Source: an uncultured Alphaproteobacteria bacterium (GTDB lineage Bacteria; Pseudomonadota; Alphaproteobacteria; Rhizobiales; Aestuariivirgaceae). From it: a stretch of DNA of 32,000 bases. Location of the stretch: the NCBI GenBank assembly GCA_963789175.1, contig CAWBJO010000009.1, forward strand, positions 138,218-170,217, written 5' to 3'. The notes under the pieces were generated by a model. It had not been told where the DNA came from and searched no databases. It worked only from the letters and a program-made list of their open reading frames with translations. Positions 22,591-31,896 of this stretch are shown here, piece by piece (the first letter of the stretch is position 1; every line of letters starts with the position of its first letter). Position numbers and translations under genes: made by a program.

Positions 22591-24840
22591 GTGAACAAGC
22601 TTCCGATCAGAAATCCCGTCTATCGCTTCTTCGTCGAGCTCGATTCCCTCGTCAGCTCTACCGTCTTCGAGGTCTCCGACTGGCTCAGGCGGGCCGGGAT
22701 GGTCTATTCGAACTTCGTCTACCGGTTCCGCATCCGCGGCATCCGACGGATCTTCGTCGACATCGTCGACGACGGCGCGAGCTTCGCCATGTTCGCGGGG
22801 CTGGGGCTCCTGATGTACGCCCTGCCCCCGTTCAGCGGCACCGGCGACATCTGGAACCGAGGGCGCGAATACGCGGTAACCTTCACCGACCAGTCCGGCG
22901 AGATCATCGGCCGGCGCGGCATCCGGCAGGACGACGCCATCCCGCTCGAGGAGATCCCACCGAACGTCATCAACGCCGTACTCGCCACCGAGGATGCGCG
23001 CTTCTACCAGCATTTCGGCGTCGACGTGCAGGGTACGCTGCGCGCGCTCATCGAGAACGCGCGCGCCAACGACGTCAGGCAAGGCGGCTCGTCGATCACC
23101 CAGCAGCTCGCCAAGAACCTGTTCCTGACGCCGGAGCGGACGCTCAGGCGCAAGATCAACGAAGCATTCCTGGCGATGTGGATCGAGGCGCGGCTCACCA
23201 AGGAAGAGATCCTCAAGATGTACCTCGACCGCTCCTATCTCGGGGGCGGGACCTACGGCGTCGAGGCGGCGGCGCAGTTCTATTTCGGCAAGTCGATCCG
23301 CGACGTGTCCCTTTCCGAAGCTGCGGTGCTGGCCGGCCTGTTCAAGGCGCCGTCGCGCTATGCGCCGCACGCCAACAACGCCGAGGCGCTGGCGCGCGCC
23401 AACGTCGTGCTCTACCGCATGCTCGATGTCGGCTTCATCAGCCACGGCGAGCTCATCGCCGCCCGCCGCGACACGCCGCACGTGGTCAGCCAGAGCCTGT
23501 ACTACAGCCCCGACTATTTCCTCGACTACGCCTACAAGCAGACGCTCGCCCTCATCGAGGCCCAGGGCCTGCAGAGCGAGTATGTCATCGAGGTGAAGTC
23601 GACGGCCGACCTCAGGATGCAGCAGGCGGCGCAGCGCATCATCAACGAGGAGATCGAGAACGAGGCGCCGGCCTACAACGCCGCCCAGGCGGCGCTGGTC
23701 AGCATGGAGCTCGACGGCGCCGTCAAGGCGATCGTCGGCGGCCACCACTACGAGGACAGTCAGTTCAACCGCGCCACCGACGCCCTGCGCCAGCCCGGCT
23801 CGTCGTTCAAGCCGTTCGTCTACCTGGCGGCGCTGATGCACGGCTACTCGCCGGATACGGTGGTCTACGACCAGCCGGTGAGCGTCGGGAACTGGGCGCC
23901 GCGCAACTACACCGGCAGGTACGTCGGGCGGACGACCCTGACGGCGGCCCTCACCCATTCGTACAACTCGGTGCCGGTGCAGATCATGAAGGACATCGGC
24001 CGGCAGAACATCATCCAGACGGCGAAGGCCTCCGGGTTGCAGTCCCACCTGCTCGCCGTCCCGTCGCTGCCGCTCGGCACCAACGAGGTGACGCTCATCG
24101 ACCTGACGACCGCCTACGTGACGTTCGCGGACGGCGGCAAGCCGGTCAAGCCGTACACGGTGCTGGAGATTCGGCGGCCGAACGGCGACCTGCTGTACAG
24201 TCGCGAGCGCAACATGCCGATCCTCCAGCAGACGCTACCGGCCGACAAGATCGCGGAGCTCAACGCCATGATGAGCACCGTCGTGCTCAACGGCACGGGT
24301 CGCAAGGCCTTCCTCGGCTTCACGCCGCAGGCGGGCAAGACCGGCACCAACTCGAACTATCGCGACGCATGGTTCGTCGGCTACACGGGCAACTACGTCA
24401 CCGGCGTCTGGTTCGGGAACGACGACTTCAGCGAGATGAAGAAGATGACGGGTGGAACGCTGCCCGCCGTGACATGGTCAAAGTACATGATGGAAGCCTC
24501 GATCGGAAAGACGGCGGCCGCCCTCCCCGGGCTGCCGGTCGACGAGAGCCACATTCTCTATGCGCAGGAGCACCCGCCCGGCTCGATGCAGATCCAGGTC
24601 GGCGCACCGGGCACGGCCCCGACGGCGCCGGGCGGAGCGTCGATCGCGGCGACCGACCTCGGCGAGACGGGAGCCGACGACGTCAACGTCATCACGCCGC
24701 CAGGGCGCTCGGCCGATGCCGTGGTGCAGGTCCTGCAGGACATGTTCGGGTTCTTCGGAAAGAAGCAGAACATCGAGAGCAGCCAGCCGACCAAGAAGAA
24801 GAAATCCGAGAATCTCGGAGCGCCGTCAAAGAATCGCTGA
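22591..24840 (+). CDS. class A penicillin-binding protein (PBP1A family; transglycosylase + transpeptidase)
   Basis: GT51 motifs EDARFYQHFGVD, GGSSITQQLAKN, RKINEAFLA. Transpeptidase motifs SSFKP (SxxK), SYN (SxN), KTGT. GTG start at 22591, so the N-terminal boundary is uncertain. Confidence 0.9.
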   Translation: MNKLPIRNPVYRFFVELDSLVSSTVFEVSDWLRRAGMVYSNFVYRFRIRGIRRIFVDIVDDGASFAMFAGLGLLMYALPPFSGTGDIWNRGREYAVTFTDQSGEIIGRRGIRQDDAIPLEEIPPNVINAVLATEDARFYQHFGVDVQGTLRALIENARANDVRQGGSSITQQLAKNLFLTPERTLRRKINEAFLAMWIEARLTKEEILKMYLDRSYLGGGTYGVEAAAQFYFGKSIRDVSLSEAAVLAGLFKAPSRYAPHANNAEALARANVVLYRMLDVGFISHGELIAARRDTPHVVSQSLYYSPDYFLDYAYKQTLALIEAQGLQSEYVIEVKSTADLRMQQAAQRIINEEIENEAPAYNAAQAALVSMELDGAVKAIVGGHHYEDSQFNRATDALRQPGSSFKPFVYLAALMHGYSPDTVVYDQPVSVGNWAPRNYTGRYVGRTTLTAALTHSYNSVPVQIMKDIGRQNIIQTAKASGLQSHLLAVPSLPLGTNEVTLIDLTTAYVTFADGGKPVKPYTVLEIRRPNGDLLYSRERNMPILQQTLPADKIAELNAMMSTVVLNGTGRKAFLGFTPQAGKTGTNSNYRDAWFVGYTGNYVTGVWFGNDDFSEMKKMTGGTLPAVTWSKYMMEASIGKTAAALPGLPVDESHILYAQEHPPGSMQIQVGAPGTAPTAPGGASIAATDLGETGADDVNVITPPGRSADAVVQVLQDMFGFFGKKQNIESSQPTKKKKSENLGAPSKNR

Positions 24841-24859
24841 GACATGCAGGGGGCTTGAA

Positions 24860-25435
24860 TTGAAGAGCAGAATCCGCAGCATCATCGCGGTACCGCTGTT
24901 CCTCATCGCCGGGATCGGCACCGGGCTGGCGACGGCGACGCAGGTCATCGAAGGAAACATGGGATCGTTCGCGGCCAACAGCGGCGCCTGGCGCACGTGG
25001 CCAGCGGCGGGCAGCCCCAACATCGACCCCTACACGCGCGGACACTTCCTGGCCCACGGCCGGCTGCCGATGAGCACCTTCGAGGCGATCGAATTCCTCG
25101 CCACGTCCGACAGCGAGGGCCGCGGTCTCGATGCGTCTTGCAAATACACGATCGCGGGGCCGATGGCGGCGGCGCGCTGGTGGAGGCTCACGGCACGCCA
25201 GAGCGAACGCGTCGAGGACGGCGAGGACGCCGCCATCCTGTCGCAGACGGCGATGATGGAACCGAACAACCAGGTGCGGGTGGCGGCGTCGACGGAGCCG
25301 CAGCCGGGGAACTGGCTGAAGATCAGGGATTCACTTCCGCTAGAGCTCAGCCTCACGCTGTTTTCGCCTTCCAACAGCGTGAAGGGCGCCAACGCGGCCG
25401 TGCTGCTGCCGAAGATCGTCCGGGAGTCGTGCTGA
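24860..25435 (+). CDS. DUF1214-like membrane-anchored protein, 191 aa
   Basis: TTG at 24860 with AGGGGG 6 nt upstream. N-terminal TM IIAVPLFLIAGIGTGLATA. WRTWPAAGSPNIDPYTRGHF...ARWWRLTA resembles DUF1214 as I remember it. The upstream part of the 291-aa track ORF lies inside the PBP gene out of frame. Confidence 0.65.
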   Translation: MKSRIRSIIAVPLFLIAGIGTGLATATQVIEGNMGSFAANSGAWRTWPAAGSPNIDPYTRGHFLAHGRLPMSTFEAIEFLATSDSEGRGLDASCKYTIAGPMAAARWWRLTARQSERVEDGEDAAILSQTAMMEPNNQVRVAASTEPQPGNWLKIRDSLPLELSLTLFSPSNSVKGANAAVLLPKIVRESC

Positions 25436-25986
25436 TGGTACGGCAGCGGTTCTTCTGGATCATCGCCGTCGTCCTGCTCGCGGTCATCGTGCACCTCGCC
25501 TACGTGCTGTTCGTGCCGGGGGTGGAGATGAACCGGTTGCTCAAGTCGGCAAGCGCCGCCGGCGGCGTCAACCGTTTCTCGGTCCTGCCCGAGGATACGG
25601 CGATCGGCGTGTTCGGCCAGCAGGCCCAGGCCTTCGTGCAGGGGATCTGCGTCCTCGACCTCAAGGCCGGACCGGTCGTGATGACGGTGGAGACGCCGCA
25701 GAGCTACTGGATGGTCAACGTATATTCGCGGAGCGGCGACAACATCTACTCGCTGAACGATCGCCAGGTTGCGGAGGTGCCGTTCACCATTCATGTCGAG
25801 CAGAAGAAGCCGGCGCTCTTCACCTTCGCTAGCGAAGAGGCGCAGCCGGAAGATGCGGCGTTCAAGGTTTCGACGGGAGACTCGAAGGGATTGTTCGTCG
25901 TGCGGGTCTTCGTCCAGGACCCCGCCTATCGGAAGCGCATCACCCGCATCCTCGAGCGCTCGACCTGCCGGTCGTCGAGCACCTGA
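25435..25986 (+). CDS. DUF1254-like membrane-anchored protein, 183 aa
   Basis: ATG 25435 overlaps the upstream stop (TGATG). N-terminal TM FFWIIAVVLLAVIVHLAYVLFV. It is the usual partner of the DUF1214 protein in alphaproteobacteria. Family call is from memory. Confidence 0.6.
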   Translation: MVRQRFFWIIAVVLLAVIVHLAYVLFVPGVEMNRLLKSASAAGGVNRFSVLPEDTAIGVFGQQAQAFVQGICVLDLKAGPVVMTVETPQSYWMVNVYSRSGDNIYSLNDRQVAEVPFTIHVEQKKPALFTFASEEAQPEDAAFKVSTGDSKGLFVVRVFVQDPAYRKRITRILERSTCRSSST

Positions 25987-25989
25987 GGG

Positions 25990-26187
25990 CTAGCGCTCTT
26001 CGATGTCGATCGCCTGCGACAGCGAGAACGGCGACAGCTTGGTGATGGGCTTGGTGCGGTCGGAGAGATTGTACTCGCGACGCTCGATGCGAACACCCGG
26101 GAAGATGAAAATCTCGGCTGGCCCATGCCTGTCGCGCTTCGACTTCGCCATCACGCGCGCCTGCGGAAATTCGAGGATCTTCGTCAT
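25990..26187 (-). CDS. small conserved-looking hypothetical protein, 65 aa
   Basis: ATG 26187 with GGAG 6 nt upstream. Balanced composition: MTKILEFPQARVMAKSKRDRHGPAEIFIFPGVRIERREYNLSDRTKPITKLSPFSLSQAIDIEER. No family recognised. Confidence 0.55.
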   Translation of the reverse strand: MTKILEFPQARVMAKSKRDRHGPAEIFIFPGVRIERREYNLSDRTKPITKLSPFSLSQAIDIEER

Positions 26188-26308
26188 GCCGTGCTCCGCA
26201 CGTTGATGTTCGTTACGGACGCCTCACGAGCAAACTTCGTCTTATTGCCTTCAATTAAGCGGCCTTATAGTTAACAAAGGGCTAAGGCATTCTGGCGTCG
26301 AACCAAAA

Positions 26309-26650
26309 TTATACCGACGTGACTCGGAGCAGTCCGTGGCCGTTGCGATCCTCGACTTCAAGAATCCAAATGTCGGGATCGATCTTGCGGATGCGCGCGA
26401 GATATTCGTCGGCATCCCGCTCCGGCACCGGCTCGCTTCCCATGAGCGCCAGCCAGCGGCGCTCGCCCGCATCGTCGTAGGACGGACCGGGCGGAGCGCC
26501 GTAGAGCGTCACACGGCCATCGAGGCGGTTGACCTTGACGAAGACGGTGCCGGCTTCCTCGGCGCCGCGCCGCACGAGCACCGCAAAGAGGCCGGCGGCG
26601 TTGCAGCGCCTCAGATAGGCTTCACACCAGATGGCGGCCTTGACGCTCAT
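26309..26650 (-). CDS. DUF1491-family protein
   Basis: MSVKAAIWCEAYLRRCNAAGLFAVLVRRGAEEAGTVFVKVNRLDG...WILEVEDRNG matches the DUF1491 pattern as remembered. Confidence 0.7.
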   Translation of the reverse strand: MSVKAAIWCEAYLRRCNAAGLFAVLVRRGAEEAGTVFVKVNRLDGRVTLYGAPPGPSYDDAGERRWLALMGSEPVPERDADEYLARIRKIDPDIWILEVEDRNGHGLLRVTSV

Positions 26651-26687
26651 CGACGGACACGTTCCCGAGACTTCCCGGCGACTTCGT

Positions 26688-27344
26688 TCAATGCAGCCGC
26701 GAGACGCCGCTCACTTCCCGCAGCTCGTCGACGAGATCCTGCGACAGCTCGCCCGTTTCAGGCAATCCCCGGTCGCGCTCGAACTGACGGATGGCCTCGC
26801 GGGTCGCGGTGCCCAAGAAACCGTCGATGGCGCCCGGACGGTAGCCGAGCTCGGAGAGCCCGGTCTGGACCATGCGGACGCGATCGTCGACGGCAGGATC
26901 CGATTTCGACACGCTCTCGGTGACCTCGCTGGCGGCAAGGACCTGGCGGGTGAAGCGAATGTGGTCGAGGAGCTTCTGATCGGCGGCGCCGGTGGCGCGC
27001 AGGCCGTTGTCGCGCTGATAGCGGGCGATCGCCTTGCGGGTCGACTGGCCGTCGATGCCGTCGGCGGGACCTTCATAGATCCCGAGCCCCTTGAGTTCCT
27101 TCTGCACGGCGGCGGTGAAGCCCTTAGCGTTCCCGGGCTTCGCTAGGGTGCTGCCGCCCTTGTCGGCGGAGCTGATCTCGATGAACTTTTCGGTAAGGTC
27201 CGGGAGCCTGCCCGTTCCGCGGCCGGCCTCCTGGCGGAAACCGGCATTGTAAAAGATCGCCATGGCCATGACGGCGATGAAGACACCCGACAGAATTCCG
27301 CCCGGGCCCAGCGTCGTCGGCTCCTCCTCGAATTCCTCGCTCAT
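26688..27344 (-). CDS. membrane-anchored protein with two peptidoglycan-binding (PG_binding_1) domains
   Basis: Start at ATG 27344 (GAGGGG upstream). TM ILSGVFIAVMAMAIFY. Two repeats of the L..LG.Y.G..DG..G..T..AI..FQRD.GL..TG pattern (LKGLGIYEGPADGIDGQSTRKAIARYQRDNGLRATG and LSELGYRPGAIDGFLGTATREAIRQFERDRGLPETG). Confidence 0.8.
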   Translation of the reverse strand: MSEEFEEEPTTLGPGGILSGVFIAVMAMAIFYNAGFRQEAGRGTGRLPDLTEKFIEISSADKGGSTLAKPGNAKGFTAAVQKELKGLGIYEGPADGIDGQSTRKAIARYQRDNGLRATGAADQKLLDHIRFTRQVLAASEVTESVSKSDPAVDDRVRMVQTGLSELGYRPGAIDGFLGTATREAIRQFERDRGLPETGELSQDLVDELREVSGVSRLH

Positions 27345-27552
27345 CGAAACCCCTCGCCTCGCCACAACTTGCAACGGCGATGATTAACGGGCCGTTTCCA
27401 GGAGGCGGCGCTAACCTTTCGTTAAGGAGGAGCGACGCGGGCACCCGCGCAAGCGTGCCGCAGACGAAATTTAAATCAATTTTCCCGATGCTCATTAGCC
27501 AGTTCTCTAATGGTCCGGGGCTAGAGATGGACCGTTCGGAGGAATTGGACCC

Positions 27553-27951
27553 ATGGGTATCGTAAGACCGGCGATCCTGATCCTAGCAGCGACGATGCTT
27601 CTGCCGTCGCCGCCGGAGAAGCCGCGCCAGCAGCTGGCGACGGACGATCCGTCAACGCTCGAGGTCGTCGGGTCGACGTTCCGGGCGATCGGCGACATCG
27701 GCTCGTTCTGCGCCCGGCAGGGACAGGTGTGCGCCACCGCCGGCCACCTGCTCGAGCGCATGGAAGCCAAGGCGCGCTACAACTTCCTCCTTCTCTACGA
27801 CTGGGCCCACTCGGACCCGGCGCGCGGCGGCGACGTGCCGCTGCGCTACGAGGCGAACGCCGACCCGGTGCTCACGGGCAGCGCAGGGAAGCTCTCCGAG
27901 GAGGACGGGTCGCGGAGCACGCTCACCCCCCAGGACCTGATCCTGCCCTAA
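27553..27951 (+). CDS. secreted hypothetical protein (DUF5330-like)
   Basis: ATG 27553 with GGAGGA 9 nt upstream. Signal/anchor MGIVRPAILILAATMLLPSPP. A conserved-looking Cys pair lies in GSFCARQGQVCATAG. Family name is from memory only. Confidence 0.6.
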   Translation: MGIVRPAILILAATMLLPSPPEKPRQQLATDDPSTLEVVGSTFRAIGDIGSFCARQGQVCATAGHLLERMEAKARYNFLLLYDWAHSDPARGGDVPLRYEANADPVLTGSAGKLSEEDGSRSTLTPQDLILP

Positions 27952-28024
27952 CCGCCCCTTTGCAAGCCGCCGCCCCAGTGCGTACATAGGTCGGTGCGGG
28001 CGAGCCCTCCGGCTTGGTTCCCGC

Positions 28025-28483
28025 ATGATGGAGACGCATGTGGCCCTTCCCACCCTGGAAGAGATCGAGCAGGACTTCGCGGTCCTCGACGACTGGGAAG
28101 ACAAGTTCAAGTACGTGATCGAGCTCGGCAGCCGTCTGCCGCCGCTTCCGGACGCCTATCGCACCGCCGCCTACAAGGTTCAGGGCTGCGCGAGCCAGGT
28201 GTGGCTGCACTCGACCGTCGCCACGCGGCGCGGCGCGGAGCCGGTGCTGACCTTCGAGGGCGACAGCGACGCGCTGATCGTCCGTGGGCTGATCGCCATC
28301 GCGCTTGCCGCCTATTCGGGCCGCGGCGCCGGGCATATCCTCGATTTCGACCTCGCCGCGCGGCTCGACCGCCTGCAGCTCACCCAATATCTGTCGCCGC
28401 AGCGCTCGAACGGATTCCGCTCCATGGTGGCGCGCATCAAGGGTGACGCGCGCGCCGCGCTCGACGCCGCCCCGGCCGCCTAG
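28025..28483 (+). CDS. sufE: SufE-family cysteine desulfuration (sulfur acceptor) protein
   Basis: LDDWEDKFKYVIELG..LP..P......YKVQGCASQVWL...FEGDSDALIVRGL..I, with the conserved acceptor Cys in VQGCASQVW and SPQRSNGFRSMV near the C-terminus. Confidence 0.85.
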   Translation: MMETHVALPTLEEIEQDFAVLDDWEDKFKYVIELGSRLPPLPDAYRTAAYKVQGCASQVWLHSTVATRRGAEPVLTFEGDSDALIVRGLIAIALAAYSGRGAGHILDFDLAARLDRLQLTQYLSPQRSNGFRSMVARIKGDARAALDAAPAA

Positions 28484-29334
28484 GTCGGCCGGGATGCAGA
28501 AGCGATGGCGGGTTTGAAGCCCGTCCTGCCCCAGCTGCGCAGGGCGCCGGCACCCGACCGGACGTCGCCGCCGAGAAGGCCGTAGCAGCGGGCGAGGCTG
28601 GACAGGGCGAGCTGCAGCACCACCTTGCCGGACCGGCGCGGCAGGCCGAGCACGCGCTCCGCCGCCTCGATGCCGGTCCCAAGGCAGCAGACCTCGATCA
28701 GGATGCGCGACAATTCGGGACCTACCCCGGCGAGCGCCCGGCGATAGCGCTGGCGAGCGGCAAGCGCCTGCTCGCTCGGCGTCAGCGGCGAACCGCCTGC
28801 GGCCGGAGCCTCGGCCAGCGAGACGTCCCAGTTGGTGGTCAAGCGGGGGCTAAGGTTGGAGCGGACGAAGTCGGCATGGAGCTTGAGGCCGGCGCGATAC
28901 TGGACATCGGTGATAAGGCTTCGCCCCTGCCGATCCTTGCGCGTGTGCAGCCAGGCGAGCGGCGATTCCGCGGCATCGACCGCGACCCGAGCGGTGCCGC
29001 CCAGGGAATCGACGAGCCGGCGGGTGACGACGTGCTGGTGCTGCCGGCGAAACGCATCGCCGTGCCCGTCGGCCGCGGCGAGCCGGCGGCGGCCGGACGG
29101 CGTCAGCGTCCAGCGCCCATCGGCAGCGCGATCGAGAAAGCCGGCGGCGTGCAGGTGGGCGATCAGTCCGGGCGCCACACGTATGCGGGCGCCCGCCGCC
29201 GGGCCGGTACCTGCGGCGTCGTCCGCTGCCAACCGGCAGCCCTCCGCTGTTTCGACGAGGGCGTTTCCCGGAAGCTCGAGGCGCCGCATCAGCGCGATGA
29301 TCCGTCGTTCCGTCTCTTTCATCGTGCCACGCAT
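28480..29334 (-). CDS. hypothetical protein (DUF6456-like), 284 aa
   Basis: Long ORF with plausible composition. Start chosen at ATG 29334 (AGGAGGAGG 8 nt upstream); the track start at 29343 is a GTG too close to the SD. The C-terminal region AGLKLHADF...LTTNWD resembles DUF6456 as remembered. Its 3' end overlaps the sufE stop by 4 nt (convergent). Confidence 0.55.
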   Translation of the reverse strand: MRGTMKETERRIIALMRRLELPGNALVETAEGCRLAADDAAGTGPAAGARIRVAPGLIAHLHAAGFLDRAADGRWTLTPSGRRRLAAADGHGDAFRRQHQHVVTRRLVDSLGGTARVAVDAAESPLAWLHTRKDRQGRSLITDVQYRAGLKLHADFVRSNLSPRLTTNWDVSLAEAPAAGGSPLTPSEQALAARQRYRRALAGVGPELSRILIEVCCLGTGIEAAERVLGLPRRSGKVVLQLALSSLARCYGLLGGDVRSGAGALRSWGRTGFKPAIASASRPT

Positions 29335-29457
29335 GCCCCCCACCTCCTCCTAAGACTTTAATCAATCTACTGTGATTTAATGCCTAGAGAGGGAAGAGTC
29401 AATCCGTCGTGCCCGAAATAGCGGTGGAGAATTAGGCGGGGCCGAGAATTAGCGGCG

Positions 29458-29997
29458 TCAGGCGACGGCGCTGGGGCGCGACATGGTCGCTGCATCGGCC
29501 GGAAAACCGAGTTCCATCGATTCCGGCACGTTGAGGGCCGACACGAAGGTGTCGTGGCACAGGATCATGCGGCCCGGGACGCCATCCTGCGACAGCGGCA
29601 GGCGAAGCCAGAACTGCACGAGATGGTCCTTGTTGACGCGAGGCCCGCGAACGGCACCCTGGGCCGGGCGACCGGTGGTACGCACATGGTCGTAGACGGC
29701 CGACCAGTAGGATTCCCTGCCGTTGACGTCGATCTCGTCGAGGAACAGGCCGGTCGTCTCGCGCTCGTAGATGTCGCGCAGGCGGGTGCCGGCGAGGCGC
29801 ACACGCAGGCGTTCGTCGCCGACGCGCTCGAGAAGGCTGATGAAGGGAAGGAGGCGATGGAAATCCGCCGGGTCGATGTCCCGCCGGTCGGGCATCGGGC
29901 GGCTGCCTGCCAGTCGAAGCCAGTAGTCGTACAGCTGCCGTTGTTCGGCGATGGTCAGCTGGGCCCTGAAGGCCCCGTGCGTTGGCTCCGTTATCAA
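29458..29997 (-). CDS. PAS-domain protein (PAS_5 / DUF1457 type)
   Basis: LYDYWLRLAGSRPMPDRRDIDPADFHRLLPFISLLE...LRVRLAGTRLRDIY is the conserved N-terminal pattern of this alphaproteobacterial PAS family. The only available start is the TTG at 29997, so the boundary is uncertain. Confidence 0.7.
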   Translation of the reverse strand: MITEPTHGAFRAQLTIAEQRQLYDYWLRLAGSRPMPDRRDIDPADFHRLLPFISLLERVGDERLRVRLAGTRLRDIYERETTGLFLDEIDVNGRESYWSAVYDHVRTTGRPAQGAVRGPRVNKDHLVQFWLRLPLSQDGVPGRMILCHDTFVSALNVPESMELGFPADAATMSRPSAVA

Positions 29998-30125
29998 GTT
30001 TCGACCGTCCCCGAATCGTTCTATCTATCGCCTTGAGGCGTTATGAATCGCCTCACCGTCAGGCGCAATAGCCGGTGCCGTCGAAAGCGCCCTCAGGAAA
30101 AACATTTGGCGGCTGTTGCAGAAAT

Positions 30126-30539
30126 TCAACCGCGCCCGCGCCGCTGGCCGAGACCGATCTTCTTGGCAAGTACCGAGCGCGCCTCGGCATATTTCGGAGC
30201 GACCATCGGATAATCGGCCGGCAATCCCCATTTTTCGCGGTATCGCTCGGGCGAGAGGTTGTAGTGCGTGCGAAGGTGGCGCTTGAGGGACTTGAACTTC
30301 TTTCCGTCCTCCAGGCAGACGATGTAGTCGCCGTGAACTGAACGCTTGACCGGAACGGCGGGCTTCTGGTCGCCCTTCTCCGATTCGCGGCCGGGGGGCT
30401 GGCCGTGCGCAATGGCCGACAAGGCCCGATGGACCTTGGCGATGAGGTCGGCGAGGTCGTCGGATGCGACGGTGTTGTTGCGGACATAGGCGGCAACGAT
30501 CTCGGCAGTCAACGCCACCACGTCGGATTTTTCGGTCAT
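30126..30539 (-). CDS. mucR: MucR/Ros-family zinc-finger transcriptional regulator, 137 aa
   Basis: Internal ATG 30539 (MTEKSD). [13 protein letters not shown] and [52 protein letters not shown] are near-invariant in Ros/MucR. Confidence 0.9.
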   Translation of the reverse strand: MTEKSDVVALTAEIVAAYVRNNTVASDDLADLIAKVHRALSAIAHGQPPGRESEKGDQKPAVPVKRSVHGDYIVCLEDGKKFKSLKRHLRTHYNLSPERYREKWGLPADYPMVAPKYAEARSVLAKKIGLGQRRGRG

Positions 30540-30780
30540 GCTGCCCGCACTCCCTTGCACGCGGAAATTCCGAGTCGACTTAAGCCGACCGGTTCGCGAA
30601 ATCAATCCTTTCCGAAGATCAGCGCCAGTATTTGCGAGTTGCGGGCAAGCTGATCGGCTTGGCGTGAGGGAGGATAAACTATAGTTCCCGTCACTCTAAA
30701 CGGCGACGAGCATGCGATGACTAGGCGCAGACTTCCGCCAGTGCCGAACGGACGCGGAGCTGGCGCCGGAAACGCCGCCG

Positions 30781-31896
30781 TCAGCGGGCAAGCTCCGCAT
30801 AGGGCCCGGTGCCGGAGACGGCCCAGTCCCAATAGGTCAAGAGAACCCGCGCCTTGTTGAACGACAGGGAGTCGAAGAGATTCTGGAGCTCCTCGCTGCT
30901 GCATTCGAGATGCACCCTGCCGGACGAGGACCGCAGGATCTCCAGGACCTCGGCGAAGCGGGCGCGCTGCAGGCCGAGGGCCTTGAAGGCGATGGCGAGC
31001 GGATCGCCATGCTTGTCGGCGATGATGCGGGACGCGGTGCCGGGATCGATGCCGGCCAGTTCGGAAAGCTCGGCGGCGGGATCCGCGCCGGTATCGTCGA
31101 TGAGGCTCGCGATGAACGCCTCGATCTTGTGGCGCGGCGGAAAGCGCATAGCCATGGTTTCGGGCTCGCTCTCGCCCCCCACCGACTTGGTGATCCGCAG
31201 GATGCGTTCGAGCGTCAGGCTGTCGGCAAGGAAGCGCGACAGGACGTAGCGACGAAGCTCCGCCGGCAGCACCCAGAAGAGCTCGAAGGCCACCGGGGCG
31301 GGAAGGTCCGAGCGGGTGGCGAGCGGCGCCTGCAGCGAGGCATAGGCGCGCGCCAGCTCGTTCAGGCGGAAGAACGCCGTATGGGACAGCTCGGCGCCGG
31401 GATTGCGCACCAGCGTCAGCACGGTCGAGGGCTCGCGCGTGGCGATGAGGGCATCGCAGAGAGCCGGAGAGAGGGCGCGGCGGCGCGCGATGACGCGGAT
31501 GTTCTGAATGTGGCCTTCCGCTATGACGCCGATCAGGTCCTGGTCGCCGATGCTGTTGCACTTCTCGAGAAGCGGACCGGCCACCTCGATGCGCGGGTCG
31601 CGGATCAGGCGCGTGACGATGCGGGCCGGCGGCTGATCGGTGATGCTCAGGCGCTCGGCGATGGTGACGAGGATCTTCAGCGGCAGCCGATGCAGCAAAT
31701 GGAGCAGCGTATCCGACGCGAGGGCGCGCTCCTGCGGCTGCACCGAGTGGCTGGTGAGCGACATGATGTCGAGGAGCGACTGGGCGATCTGGCCCGCCTG
31801 GTCGCTTGGCAGTTCGGGTTGGGAGAGCGCGGCACGGGCGGCGGGAAGGTCGGCCGCGATCTCCGGAATGACGGCGTAGACGGCCGCCGCGTCCAC
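30781..31896 (-). CDS. DUF2336-domain protein (5' end may lie beyond the window)
   Basis: Helical-repeat sequence with RLIRDPRIEVAGPLL, LVRNPGAELS and SRFLADS blocks, reminiscent of DUF2336. The GTG at 31896 is the first start in frame. However, the frame stays open with coding-like sequence (PEFKFWEQDPAEDIESEEK) up to position 32000. Confidence 0.65.
   Translation of the reverse strand: MDAAAVYAVIPEIAADLPAARAALSQPELPSDQAGQIAQSLLDIMSLTSHSVQPQERALASDTLLHLLHRLPLKILVTIAERLSITDQPPARIVTRLIRDPRIEVAGPLLEKCNSIGDQDLIGVIAEGHIQNIRVIARRRALSPALCDALIATREPSTVLTLVRNPGAELSHTAFFRLNELARAYASLQAPLATRSDLPAPVAFELFWVLPAELRRYVLSRFLADSLTLERILRITKSVGGESEPETMAMRFPPRHKIEAFIASLIDDTGADPAAELSELAGIDPGTASRIIADKHGDPLAIAFKALGLQRARFAEVLEILRSSSGRVHLECSSEELQNLFDSLSFNKARVLLTYWDWAVSGTGPYAELAR

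Noticed and set aside
22552-24048. 498-aa minus-strand ORF and 561-aa plus-strand ORF (23178-24863) overlapping the PBP gene
   Set aside because: The PBP frame carries every GT51 and transpeptidase motif. The alternatives are Arg/Asp/Gly/His-rich with no motifs.
26255-26274. TTAA...TTAAC pair upstream of the 65-aa gene
   Set aside because: The spacing is 12 nt rather than the 7 nt required for a CtrA box.
27411-27425. CTAA-N7-TTAA, a degenerate CtrA-box-like motif in the divergent spacer 27345-27552
   Set aside because: The first half-site is imperfect. The site is not near the GTA promoter, and such near-matches are expected by chance in the AT-richer promoter spacers.
30035-30054. Small hairpin GAGGCG-N8-CGCCTC downstream of mucR, and the 8-bp hairpin ATCGTCAG-CGTA-CTGACGAT at 922-941 over the MetF-like stop codon
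   Set aside because: The stems are short and no U tract follows on the relevant strand. This is too weak to call either one a terminator with any confidence.
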